Source: Camelus dromedarius
Lineage: Eukaryota
Direction of reading: 5' to 3'
Assembly (NCBI RefSeq): GCF_036321535.1
Contig: NC_087438.1
Span: 36,332,001 to 36,396,000, forward strand
DNA length: 64,000 nucleotides
Shown here: piece after piece, positions 12,410 to 23,385 of the stretch
Layout: every line of letters begins with the position of its first letter
Numbering within the stretch: the stretch's first letter is position 1
Position numbers and translations under genes: made by a program
Notes under the pieces: model-generated
The model's database searches: none
What the model saw: the letters and a program-made list of their open reading frames with translations, nothing else
Told to the model about the DNA's origin: nothing

Positions 12410-12981
12410 CAATGTATTAACTATATTTTCATACTTCTGTATTATTGATCCTCTGACATTTGAAGCTTTACTGACCAGGAAGGGTCTTCCCTCACTGCCC
12501 TCCTCCTTCCAGGGTTAGCTAATTCCTACAGATGTAACACAACTCACCCGAGAATGTATTTTTCCTAGGCAAATCAACCAAATTCCAGTTTCAGAGCCCA
12601 CAACCCAGCTACCTCCTTTATGGGCTCTCACAGGGTTCTTACACTTGGCCCACTATCCTCCTGCCCTAATCACCCCAAGGCCAGATACCAGAGGGCTAGA
12701 GATAGCCCCTGGTTGCAGAGCCTGCTGAAATCATTCCAACTAGCCAATCCTAAGCCTGCCTACCCTGCCTTGCCTTGCCTTCCTGTGAAAACCACAATCA
12801 AATCTCCTGCACGTTTCCCCCTCTCCTTCCTCCTGATGCTTTCCTCTGTGACCCTGAGTGGCCTGGTGTGCCCCTTCTCCATGAAAATTATGAGTAACAA
12901 ACTGTGTTTTCAATGGCAGTCATCTACAGATCTGTTGGCCGCACATTACTGGAATAATAATGAAACCTACACTTTAAAACA
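12410..12981 (+). mobile_element. MER74-type ERVL LTR
   Basis: Colinear with recalled MER74 consensus (tattgatcctctgacat; ctagccaatcctaagcctgc; aaactgtgttttcaatggcagtc; aaacctacactttaaaaca end). Confidence 0.8.
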
Positions 12982-12999
12982 TCCACCTACTTCCTTATC

Positions 13000-14265
13000 T
13001 GGTGTCTTTTGACTTTAGGCAAACATATTGAAACAAGTGTCTACACTCACCATCACCACTTCCTTACCCTCCATGCTGAAACTCTCCTTGAAATCTGGCT
13101 TCTGTTCCAACGTTCCTCTGCTACTGCTCCTGCCAAGACCCTAATAACCTTGTTGCTAAATTTTAAGGCTGCTTTCTTGGCATTATCTGATTTGAGCTTT
13201 AAGCAGCATCTGACAGTAGTGACCACTGTCTTCTTGAAACTGTCTTCCCTTGGCTTTAGTGATACCTATCTTTCCCACCACAACTTAAGACTCCTTTGTG
13301 GGTTCCATTTCTGTTGATCTGTTCATTGTAGAATCCATAGAAAATTCAACAGTGTGCTTGTCATCTCCACATGGATATCCTACCAATATTTTAGAGTGGG
13401 AACTTCCTAATCTGAACTCACCATCTCCACCCCTGAGCCCTTCCCCACCCCCCTCCCTTTTTCAGTGAATGGCACCATCATCCCTTGAATTGTTGTAGTC
13501 AGAACCATATGTCATCCTTGGCTCCTCCTTCTTCCGCATTCCCCACATCCAATTAATCACCAAGACCCATCAAATTTACATCCTGAATATTTCAAATCCA
13601 TTTATTTCTATCTCCATTGCCATGGTGTTACTTTGAGTTTCTGTATCTCTTACCTGGATAATGCAGCAGCCTCCTAACTAGTCTCCCTGACTCCCTTTTT
13701 ACTTCCTTCCTTCCATTCTTCACATTGTAGCCAGAGCTCTTTCTACACCTTCACATCAGAGCATGCAACCCCTTTCCCCCACTTTATATCCCTTTGATGG
13801 TGCCTCATTATCCTTAGGACAAAGTCCAGATTTCCCCATGTGACCTTCAAAAACCTCCATCTTGTGTTCTTTGCTTGCCTCTCTGGTCTCTTGTCTCATC
13901 TTCTCTCCCCCAACCTCATCACACTGAACTGTGTGCAGTATCCTGGATGCCCCTTCTCAACCCCTAGCCTTTGTGCCATTCCTGGGACTTCCTTCCCTTC
14001 TCCACTTCCTGGCTAACTTCAGCTCATTTCTTAGATCCCAGGTTGGAGATATAAATCCCTCCTTAAAGCCTTTTCTGATTTTCAGGTGCTCACAGAGCCA
14101 ACAGAGTACCTCCACCAAACATCTTACCACATTCTATTGTCAATGCCTGTCTCTGTTTGTTTCCCATATAGTTATAAGAGGGCAGCACCACGTCTGGTTG
14201 ACTATACCATTTTCAACACCTTGCACAACATTGGCACAAACAGTTGGTGAATAAATGACTGTGAT
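13000..14265 (+). mobile_element. L2 LINE, 3' region
   Basis: C/T-rich L2 ORF2 remnant ending ...ttataagagggcagcaccacgtctggttg...ttgcacaacattggcac...tgaataaatga. Confidence 0.75.
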
Positions 14266-15155
14266 TCTAACCAATGTTTGTGGGTGAGGGTTATTTCAAT
14301 GATAGGGTCTGTCCTGGGAACACTAAAATGATTGTCCTCATGGTCCTTTCATCATCAAGAATAATATTCGTTGAGTACTTACTGTGTCATGTAATTTTCC
14401 AGAGGTAGGGAAAGAAACCAAACCACTTCCTTATTCTTCCATTGAAATGACATTTAAATAAACTCACTTTCATTTTTCTTTTCTTTTCTTTCAACGATGA
14501 TTAAAACTGAGATCATTCTTCTAGGGTTTGGTATATAAAAGCTCCAAGGACTAATCACTAACTTTAAGCAACTCTGACCTCAGAATGATAGATTTCCTGG
14601 TTATCTATGATATATTTTGACCATATGCATATAGCCATTCATTAGATGCCTCAGAATATCAATGTCAAATCATCACTGTTTAAAAATGTGCTTGTTTAAA
14701 GATTGTTTTTAAACTTGTTGAGCTGGAACACATTTCTCATCTCTGATAATTAAACGAATAATAAGCTAATAAGCCATCTTTTAGTTTGCTTGTAGGAATG
14801 CAATTGCTAATACGCACTGGGGAGAAAGGAGGTCATTGTGGGACACGATGAAGTCATTATTTATGAGTTAGTGGAATTTTTAATGGTTTCCTGGAGCAAA
14901 CAGATAGTTTACATGTCTGAGATTTTGAGCTTATCTAGCGAGGCTGAGAAAAAAATAGTGTATCTTACATATCTGAACTTGTAGTTGCCATCTCAGGAGT
15001 CTTTACCAGCATTTGTCATGGAACAGTTTGCAAAGCTCTTATAGGAACAGCCAGGCATTCCTGGATTACGTTATTCCAATTTCATCTTCATAGAGAAGAA
15101 ATTGCACCACTTAATGCTTCCTTAAACCACCATTCAGACTGGGGAGAAAAGGTGT

Positions 15156-15430
15156 TGTCTTGGTCCATTTGGGCTGCTATGAAAAGTACCATAGATTGGG
15201 TGGGTGGCTTATAACAACAGAAATTTATTTCTCTAGTTCTTAGGCTGTGAAGTTCAAAATCAAGGTGCCAATAGTTCTGGTGTCTGGCCAGGGCTTACTT
15301 TTTCTGGATCATAGACAGCTATCTTCTCCCTGTGTCCTCACATGGTGGCTGGAGAAACAGAGGTCTCTGGAGTCTCTTTTACAAGGGCACCAATCCCATT
15401 ATGAAGGCTTTACCCTCACAACCTTATCAA
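15156..15430 (-). mobile_element. MLT1A-type MaLR LTR, 5'-truncated
   Basis: tgtcttggtccatttgggctgctat...aacaacagaaatttatttct...aaggtgcc is the reverse complement of the MLT1A 3' end. Confidence 0.85.
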
Positions 15431-15431
15431 G

Positions 15432-15592
15432 GGTGATGATATTAGTAGGTGGGGCCTTTAGGAGGTGATAAGGTCAGGAGAGTGAGGCCCATGAAGCCCT
15501 TGTGAATGAGGTTAGTGCTCTGGTAAAACAAAGAGCTCCCTAGCCCCTCCCACTATGTGGGGACACAGTGAGAGGTCAGTAGTCTGCAACCC
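15432..15592 (+). mobile_element. MLT1A-type MaLR LTR fragment running into the assembly gap
   Basis: gtgatgatattagtaggtggggcctttaggaggtgataaggtc...ctatgtggggacacagtgagagg is MLT1A sense. Confidence 0.8.
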
Positions 15593-15735
15593 NNNNNNNN
15601 NNNNNNNNNNNNNNNNNNNNNNNNNNNNNNNNNNNNNNNNNNNNNNNNNNNNNNNNNNNNNNNNNNNNNNNNNNNNNNNNNNNNNNNNNNNNNNNNNNNN
15701 NNNNNNNNNNNNNNNNNNNNNNNNNNNNNNNNNNN
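15593..15735. other. Assembly gap (143 N)
   Basis: Run of n. Confidence 1.
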
Positions 15736-17644
15736 GGACCTTGCCCAAGAGAACTTCCTAGAGTAGAGAAGGGACCCTTACAGAAAGGTGGGCAGCCAGA
15801 ATCCTGGGGCAGGTGGGGAGACATAAGCAAGGGCAATTGAATGAGATAAACTCTAAGAAGTCCAACTAGGGAAAGAGGCAGCTATGCCACAGCTAGCACC
15901 CAGGAGGCAGGGGCCAGAGTGAATCTATCAGCCTTGCAAGACCGCATCCATTCTCTCCCTGGGTCTGACCTGTGAGGTCTAAAACATCTAAGAAGCTGGA
16001 GAAGAGGTGGATGAAGGAGGAGAGAAGAAAAGAAGCCAATGACACCCAGTTCTCTGCTGCAGGCTTTCAAGCCCGAAGCCAACTTGATCTAGACGTTTAG
16101 GTAAGAATTAGGTTGGAGTTTTGATATTAAACTGTTCTAATTTTTAAAGTGACAAACTGTTCTTGGGCCTGGAAAAGCTATGGGCCTGCTTGAGATTTTA
16201 TCTGGGACCTGAAAAAATGGTCTTTGTTTACTATGGCATGGTGGGCAAGATTAAAATTGCTTTTATGTTCATACTCTGCTGAGACTTCTTCAAAAATTAG
16301 TTTACATATACATTTTGGAATGTTTGTGATAAAAAATTTCATCTTGCTACTTTATGGCCTCTTTTCATGTGTATGTGCATATATACATATACACGTATCG
16401 TATATATAGTCATAGACTTACTGTTGGAAGGCTATTTAGAGATGTTCTAGTCTAAAACCACTCGGTTCATAAATGAGGAAAATTAAGTTTCATTAGGATC
16501 TCTTTCAGTTCCAAAGTGCTTGATGATTTTATGGTATTGACAGCTACTCATAGAAGATATTGAAATAAATTAGCACTTTTCTCTTAGGGATAAGCATTAG
16601 ACTATTGTAAAGCAGAGTGAAATAACCTCTGGTGTTTGGAAGGCACTCAGGATACCAGTTGGTTCATTGCTTCTGCAAAGAACAAAAGGCTGATTGCTTT
16701 TTTAAAAAAAATTCCACTGGGGATCTGCCAGCCTAAATAGTTGCAGTACTTGACCAAGAGCCAAGCCTGGGAGGCCAAAGACAGAGAGTCCTAAGATTGC
16801 CCTTGTTTTAGACAAGATCATTTCTATTCACCTTCAGAGAGTGCTTGGTTCCATCCTCTCCAGGGGTTTAGGCTTGTAGGTTCCAGGATGTCAGTCTTCC
16901 TACTGCAGCTCGCAAACATTCCATGGTTGATAGAGCCACAGGATGCCAATAACACTCCCATTCTCTTCTTAAGCTTCCAGTGGTCTAGACACAGCAGCAG
17001 TGACTGAGTGGTTAAAATCTCAGAGCAGAGAGGCCGTTGTCTGGAGCTGTGCATGTGTCAGGGCCTTGCATATTCAGATAAGCAATGAGAGCAGTAAGGA
17101 GTATGTGGAAATTTCCTGGAGAAATCTCTTGGGCAGTATGCATTGATGGAACCAGGAGTCCAGCATCTCAATGTCCACGGAGATTGAAGGAGCAGGAGGC
17201 CTGAACGCAAAGATCTCTGATTCGGCTTTGGGGACCCCCAGCACAGTTTCAGGTTGACTCTACTAGGAGACTTGACTTGCACGAGCTCTGGGCTAATCAG
17301 CCTCTGTGGCCTGCAAGAGCACACAGGTTCCCACTGCTTAGGTTGCCAGTCACCAAGAATTCTGCAGAATTCTACAAGCAAAGCCAATAACCACTCTGTT
17401 GTTTTGCTAACATATTCCTTTATTGCTAAAGATGACAAGGAACTTTTCCAGAAAAAAAGAGATCTTAACAGCAAAAAGCTTCCTGCCCTTAGAACATGAT
17501 ACAATTAAATGACTGAAGCAACTGAATGACTGCCCATCAGTTTATTCTCATTGGTATTTTAATTATCTTCCATTTTTAACTTATTACTACCTGTTTGCTT
17601 TAAAGGAACCTGATAAAAATCGCCTTTTAATAGAATAACTATTG

Positions 17645-18433
17645 CTATTTTTCTAGAGAACGACAACTGCTCTGACAGTCAGTGCGGCCTTCCTTGTGTA
17701 AGGGGATCTGCCGGACCCTTGCTAGTTCAGTTATCCCCCATCCTGGGCCCTTCCATAACGTCGCCCCCTTCACCTTCGATCATGTTCAAGAAATTTGATG
17801 AAAAATAAAATGTGTCCAACTGCATCCAGTTGAAAACCTCAGTTATAAAGGATATTAAGAACCAATTGATAGAGCAATTTCCAGGTATTGAACCATGGCT
17901 TAATCAAATCATGCTTTAAAAAGATCCTATTTTAAATGCCATGAACATACAGAAATCCTTACAGTAAATGGAGAGTTACTATTTTTCAAAGAGAAGGGCC
18001 TTTATATCCAACCCTAAGATTTCTTCACAAATATCCTTTTATCCTGTCACAACAGCAGGTTGATAAAGGAGCTATCAGATTTGTACTCACTGGAGCAAAT
18101 TTCATACATCCAGGCTTAACCTCTCTTGGAGCTAAACTTTACCCAGCTGCAGTAGATACGATCGTTGCAATCACGGCAGAAGGAAAACAGCATGTGTTGG
18201 AGTCATGAAGATGTCTGCAGAAGATATTGAGAAAATTAACAAAGAAACTGGCATTGAAAATATCCCCTATTTAAATGACAGGCTGTGGCATGTGAAGACA
18301 TATAAATGAGCCTCGGAAGGAATACGCTTGGGCTCAATATGGATATTGTGCTGTATCTGTGTTTGTGTCTGTGTCATAGCATGAAGACAATATCTCTGTG
18401 CTGAATAAATTCAACAGATGCTAAAAAAAGAAA
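17645..18433 (+). pseudogene. MCTS1: MCTS1 processed pseudogene (former CDS 17782-18309)
   Basis: Intronless; [43 protein letters not shown]...WHVKTYK*; TAA at codon 9 (17806-17808) plus later stop and frameshifts; AATAAA near 18405, A-tract, near-perfect TSD agaataac(t/c)attg at 17632-17644 and 18434-18446. Confidence 0.95.
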
Positions 18434-18894
18434 AGAATAACCATTGACTTCAGCCATTGTATTAATCAGGTTAAGTCATAACTATTGTAAAAGTAACTCG
18501 TAAATCTCAGGAATTTAAGACTAGAAAGGTTATTTCTTGAAAACATTAAAGTCCAATTGAGTCTTTGGTAATTGGACTCAGACTGCTTCCAGCTGGCGGT
18601 TCCATCATCTTCCAGGCCTCAGGATTTATACTGAGTCCTCTACATCTTACTCCTAGCGAAGTGAGAGGAAACAACCCTGTGAGAGCTCTCAGGGAAGTCG
18701 GGTACATCAAAGCCGCTCTCTTTCAGAATCAGCCCCGCCTTGCCCCACTGTAAGGAGCTGGGAGATGTCATTTCGCCACGTACCCAGGAGGAAGAGGGGA
18801 CCTTGGTCCTAGTGAGCCCAGGCAGTCTCAGCAGCAGCCCACACATCTCTCTGCAGGAAATGTGTGTGCAGGGACTAGGAGGACAGGTTCTATA

Positions 18895-19060
18895 GCCAGA
18901 CTGGACTGAAATCCTGGCCCTGCCACTTGTAACTGTGTGACCTTCTTTGTAAAATGGGCATAATAATGGTACTTACCTCTTAGGGCTGTTGTGAGGGTTA
19001 AACAAGATGACTCCTGTAAGTACGCACTGAACTTAGAGCAGTGGCTGCACATGGTAAATG
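18895..19060 (+). mobile_element. MIR SINE (representative of many)
   Basis: agccagactggactgaaatcctggccctgccacttgtaactgtgtgacc...gtaaaatgggcataataatggtacttacctcttagggctgttgtgagggttaaa; other MIRs at ~5095-5215, 5375-5560, 25170-25280, 28500-28660, 28820-28920, 30530-30750, 31240-31450, 31980-32130, 34130-34330, 47480-47660 and 57430-57650. Confidence 0.8.
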
Positions 19061-22000
19061 TCTGAGGAATATGTATATTTGCTGTTTATTGTGAATGGGA
19101 AGCACTTAGACCTGGTCTGATAAGAGGATGCAAGAAGACATTAGCTGTATTGTTTCTTCTTTCTCTGTGACTTCAGCTATAAATGCCATTTTCTAACATG
19201 TTCAAGGTCCCCTACTGACCTCCACTAGCTTCTCCTTTTCTTTCTTGCTCTCTTCTTTGCTGCAAGTTTGGATGGCTGTTTCTATTCTCCCGATTTTTAT
19301 TTCTCTCTCTTGCATCATGTACTCTCCAGCTGTAAAAGTCTTCTTTATTTATGCCCTACTCTGGCCTCCAGTTCCCTCCTTCCCATCAAATAACCTTCTG
19401 AAAACTTCCTCCTAATGAAACCTTGTCTTTATTGCCCATTATAAGAATCACTCTAAATTAAGTGGAGTGGTCCCCTCTGGTTTTCTATTTCCCCCTCCAT
19501 TTATTGTACCAATTCTCATAGGAAATAAAACCCAGGAGAATCAGGACTATTAGCAGCAGCAATGCCAGTAATTGGGAATCAGATTTTATGGAGTTTCTGG
19601 GATACTGATGGAACAAAGTCAGAAAATAGAACCTGAGATAATGAACAGTTTTTGTAATTGCTCTACCTGTATGAATGCAGTCTGGAGAGTTTTGGTTGGC
19701 ATCCTCGCAGACAAGGAGCTCTGTGAGAGCAGGCATTTTGTTTTACTCATAGCTGTAGCTCCCTCACCTGGAGCAGCGCACACACATGGTGGGTGCACAC
19801 AACTTTTTTGCTTAACCAGGAGTTAGCCACAGAAGGGAACTGGTAAATGACAACAAGGGAATTTTTATTAAAGACTGTTCTCTACCACTACTTTTAATGA
19901 AATTTTTAATTAAAAGGTTAAAGTCATTATTAACAAGTATTTTCTTTGTATCCAAAAGGACACTAGCCATGTTAAAAGGATTAGCATATTTTATAAAAGC
20001 AAATGTCTTAGAATCTAAATGGCCATTCTTCTTCATCATATTATTCATTTTCTTTTAAAAATTGTCAGGAAAACACATTCTTCAGATTCAGTTTAATTGA
20101 AAAAAGACAATTACACATTCACGTTGGTAAAATTTTAAAGTAACTGAAAAAAATCAGAGCAAAGCATTACATTCTATTAAATTATTATAAAGTTAACTTC
20201 CAAATGTTGAAGATAAAATATACTTGAGAAGATTCTTTACACTTTGTTCTAAGCCCCTTTTCTCATATGAACCAGCACTTCTCTGAAAACACAGCAAGAG
20301 ATGAATTACTTTTACCTTATGCTCGATGTCCATGTGTGTGTATATTTGGGTCTGTGCTACATGCAGCCAATTTTCTATCATTGGGGAACTGCTCTGAAAG
20401 TTGACAGGTCCAGGCCTCTTTCCTTCCTTCTCCCCCTTCCAGAGTTCAAGAGCACACCCACAGGATGGGTAAATGGTTAAGAGAAATGGGAACATGGCGA
20501 TCGGTTTGTTTTGCTTCTTGTGAGCAGCTGTGTTAAAAGGTGTGAGTGAAGAGAGAAAGTAATGGATAATCCATTAAAATGTCGTGCCTCAGGAGTACCA
20601 TCCACGCCTCTCTACTTTCTGTGAGTGTATTTCCCATAAAGGAAAATTGCTGGGTCATGTTCCTCCTGCCCCTCCACCCTGAGAAACTCTAGTCTTCGCT
20701 CCTGGGCTGGGCTGAGAATGGCCCTGACTGGGCTGGGGCTGGCTGGTGAAAGGGTCAGCCTCACCACCGGCTCCCTCTCCCCCCACCCTCTTCTCCGCGT
20801 CCTCCAGAGTCTCAGAAGTTGGCTCTACTTTCCTGAATAGGTCTACTGATGAAGAAATGAGGCCAGATTAGCATGAAGTATCATTGTGGGAAAGAAAAAG
20901 TCAGCAATGCCAACACTTTTGATACTGGCACACTGGCACCTTCTTTTTTGCCTAACCAGTAAGGTTATCACTTTTATAAGAACCAGTCCAGAGTTCCTGA
21001 TACTCTGACCTGTACTAGCTACAACAAAGACTCTGGTTTTGACTTGTCAGGATCTTAAAGAGGTACAGTGTTGACATTCTAGATTATCATTTCAATTTTT
21101 ATTCAGATTTGTTCATGTCTAGAGTCTTGTTTTTATGCTCTGAGACTCTAACTCTGGGACTGTAAATTCGGAGGAACAAAAGAGAAATAGTTTTGATACT
21201 TGAAATTTGGTTTTATTAAAAGATAATTTATTGGCTTCAAATCACAAAAAAAATTATAAAGAATCAAAACAGAGAGTATGTAGCTTAAATAATTTTTTTC
21301 TCTAATAAATATAGGAAAATCCTTATCATCACTTAACCTCATATACACTTGCTGTATCCTTTATACTATGTATCTTCTTTTTCCTGCAGCAAGCATCTAG
21401 CCCAGGGGAAACAGTCAATGAATGCTGAAAGAATGACTGCATAAATGCATTTCAATCACTTGCTGCTGATCCAGAGCAAGCTAAGGCCAGGACAGGGAAT
21501 AGGTGCCAGAAAGGGAGATAATGTCCGGATCTTGACATTAGAACTGAATGCCTAAGAGGCCTTCCTGCCTCTCTGAATGATGTCTTGAGTTCTTGGGCCA
21601 CATGCTTTAAATCAACCTTTCTCCTTACCAACCAATCGTAACTGGTTATGCAACTAGCCAAGTAATTCAAACCCATCCATTCTTGCAGAAAAGATCTATA
21701 TTTTGCGTGGCTCACAAATATAAATACAACCTTGTTTATCCCCTTGATTCTGAGAGAGCTAGCCTCAGGAAAGGCTCTGTCACTTCCATTTCCTGCTTGA
21801 CTTTCATCCTTTACCATAGGTTGGTGCTTATTTCTCAGCCAGGAGGGCAGTTAAGGGGGAACACATGCATTTCCTGAGTGTTACTGGGTGTGGGGCCAGT
21901 AACAAGATCAGACATGAAGTCACAGAGAGTGCTACCTACATTAAGATCAGGCTACCTGGTCAGAAAAACTGACTAAATTGAGCTGTGAGCTGTTAATAGG

Positions 22001-22282
22001 CTCACAAGGTAACAGGGACAAACTGTTCATCTGAGAATACTCATTCAGGTGTGATTTGGCTCAAGATGAGCTCTGGAGGGAATCCCATTCTGAATGCAGT
22101 GTTGAGTTACACATGCATAGATGACATGGGCTTCATTAACTCATGGATTTAATTACATCCCATGAAATGTGACAGTTTAATACCATAAAACCTGGACATG
22201 TCATGACTGCTCTTGAGGCAGGCATGAATCCTGCTCCCCAGCAACAGTGTTAGCAAAGAGATGTCTTTTACAAAACATTATT

Positions 22283-23140
22283 GCAGTGTGCCCCGAGTTC
22301 CTGCAATCTGTCTCCTACTTCAATAGTGTTCAAGTGGAACAAGGTCGGGGCACCCCTTCTTTCAGCCTCCGACCACCCTCCAACCTTTTTTCCAGGGGCA
22401 AATTTCAGAACCATCTTCTCAGCCCTCTGAGGTCAACCAACACTGTTTTTTGAGCTTAGCTCCTTATTGCTCATCAACAGTGAGCTCCCAGATTTGTTAG
22501 AGTTATTCCTCCGAGGTGGAGGCTGCCGTCCACCATCTATTCAACCTGCATCTGTGGGCCTCCAGCACGTACCTCTCTCTCTCTGGACTTCTATTTTGAC
22601 TGTGGCAATGTGGCTCTGGAGGGCACAGCACTTCTTCAGTGAGTTGGCTAAGGAGAAGCTTGAGAGCCCTGAATGTCTCTTGAAGATGTGAAACCCTGCA
22701 GCTGTGCCCTCTTACAGGATGAAGCCGTCCTAAGATGAGTGGGCTAAAACCGTGGATGCCTTGGAAGCCACCATGGTCCTGGAGAGGAACCTGAACCAGG
22801 TCCTTTTGGATCTGCATGCCCGGCGTCTGCCCCCAGCTCTCTGACTTCCTGGAGAGTCATTTTCTAGATGAGGAGGGGAAACTCATCAAGAAGATGGGTG
22901 ACCACCTGACTCACCTTGCAAGCAGGCCGGCTCCCAAGTTGGGCTGAGGGAGTGTCTCTTTGAAAGGATCACCTTTAAACACACCTAGGAGCCTCCAGAG
23001 CCCCTTCCTCCTGAGGGTTCCCTCCGTCATCCCTCTGGTGTAAGGGCTCCTGCAGCCAGTAGGCAGCTTTTAAATCACCCTGGAGCTCTCTCCAAAGCTG
23101 TGGACCAAATGGAAACAATAAAGCAATTTGCAGAAAAAAA
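22283..23140 (+). pseudogene. FTL: Ferritin light chain (FTL) processed pseudogene (former CDS 22480-22988)
   Basis: Intronless FTL-like sequence (SSQI..YSSEVEAAVHHL; [23 protein letters not shown]); start mutated to GTG, with frameshifts and stops; IRE-like 5' UTR at about 22307-22340; AATAAA and A-tract at about 23117-23140. Confidence 0.94.
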
Positions 23141-23189
23141 AGTTTTAAGTGCTCTTAATTCTGAAAGATTTCCCCCCAAGTGTTATACC

Positions 23190-23385
23190 CAGCGGTGTGC
23201 TGGTCACTAGAACTCAAATAAAAGTCCTGACTTGTAGTGTTTGTCAGTTTCCCTGGTATAACTGTTCCCTCTATGGCCAATTTCAAGCCACCAACGGCTG
23301 AAAAACCAGTTCACAAAATTTCTGAATACTAGATTTAACAATCACCCCTTGCAAGCTGATAAGAGCTGGTTCCAGCACATTCATG
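23190..23385 (-). mobile_element. MER63A-like hAT MITE
   Basis: TIRs cagcggtgtgctgg ... ccagcacattcatg; internal gccaatttcaagccaccaac and aaccagttcacaaaatttctgaa. Confidence 0.7.

Noticed and set aside
14816-15149. Direct repeat actggggagaaa (14816-14827, 15138-15149) resembling the C2H2 linker TGEK or a TSD
   Set aside because: No zinc-finger frame or Cys/His spacing and no poly(A) between the copies; probably chance.
20700-20760. GGGCT-rich stretch reminiscent of Ig switch repeats
   Set aside because: Only about 5 dispersed pentamers over 60 bp, far short of a switch region.
22281-22295. Second CAGTGT hexamer upstream of the FTL IRE
   Set aside because: The flanks (tattg/gcccc) cannot form the IRE stem.
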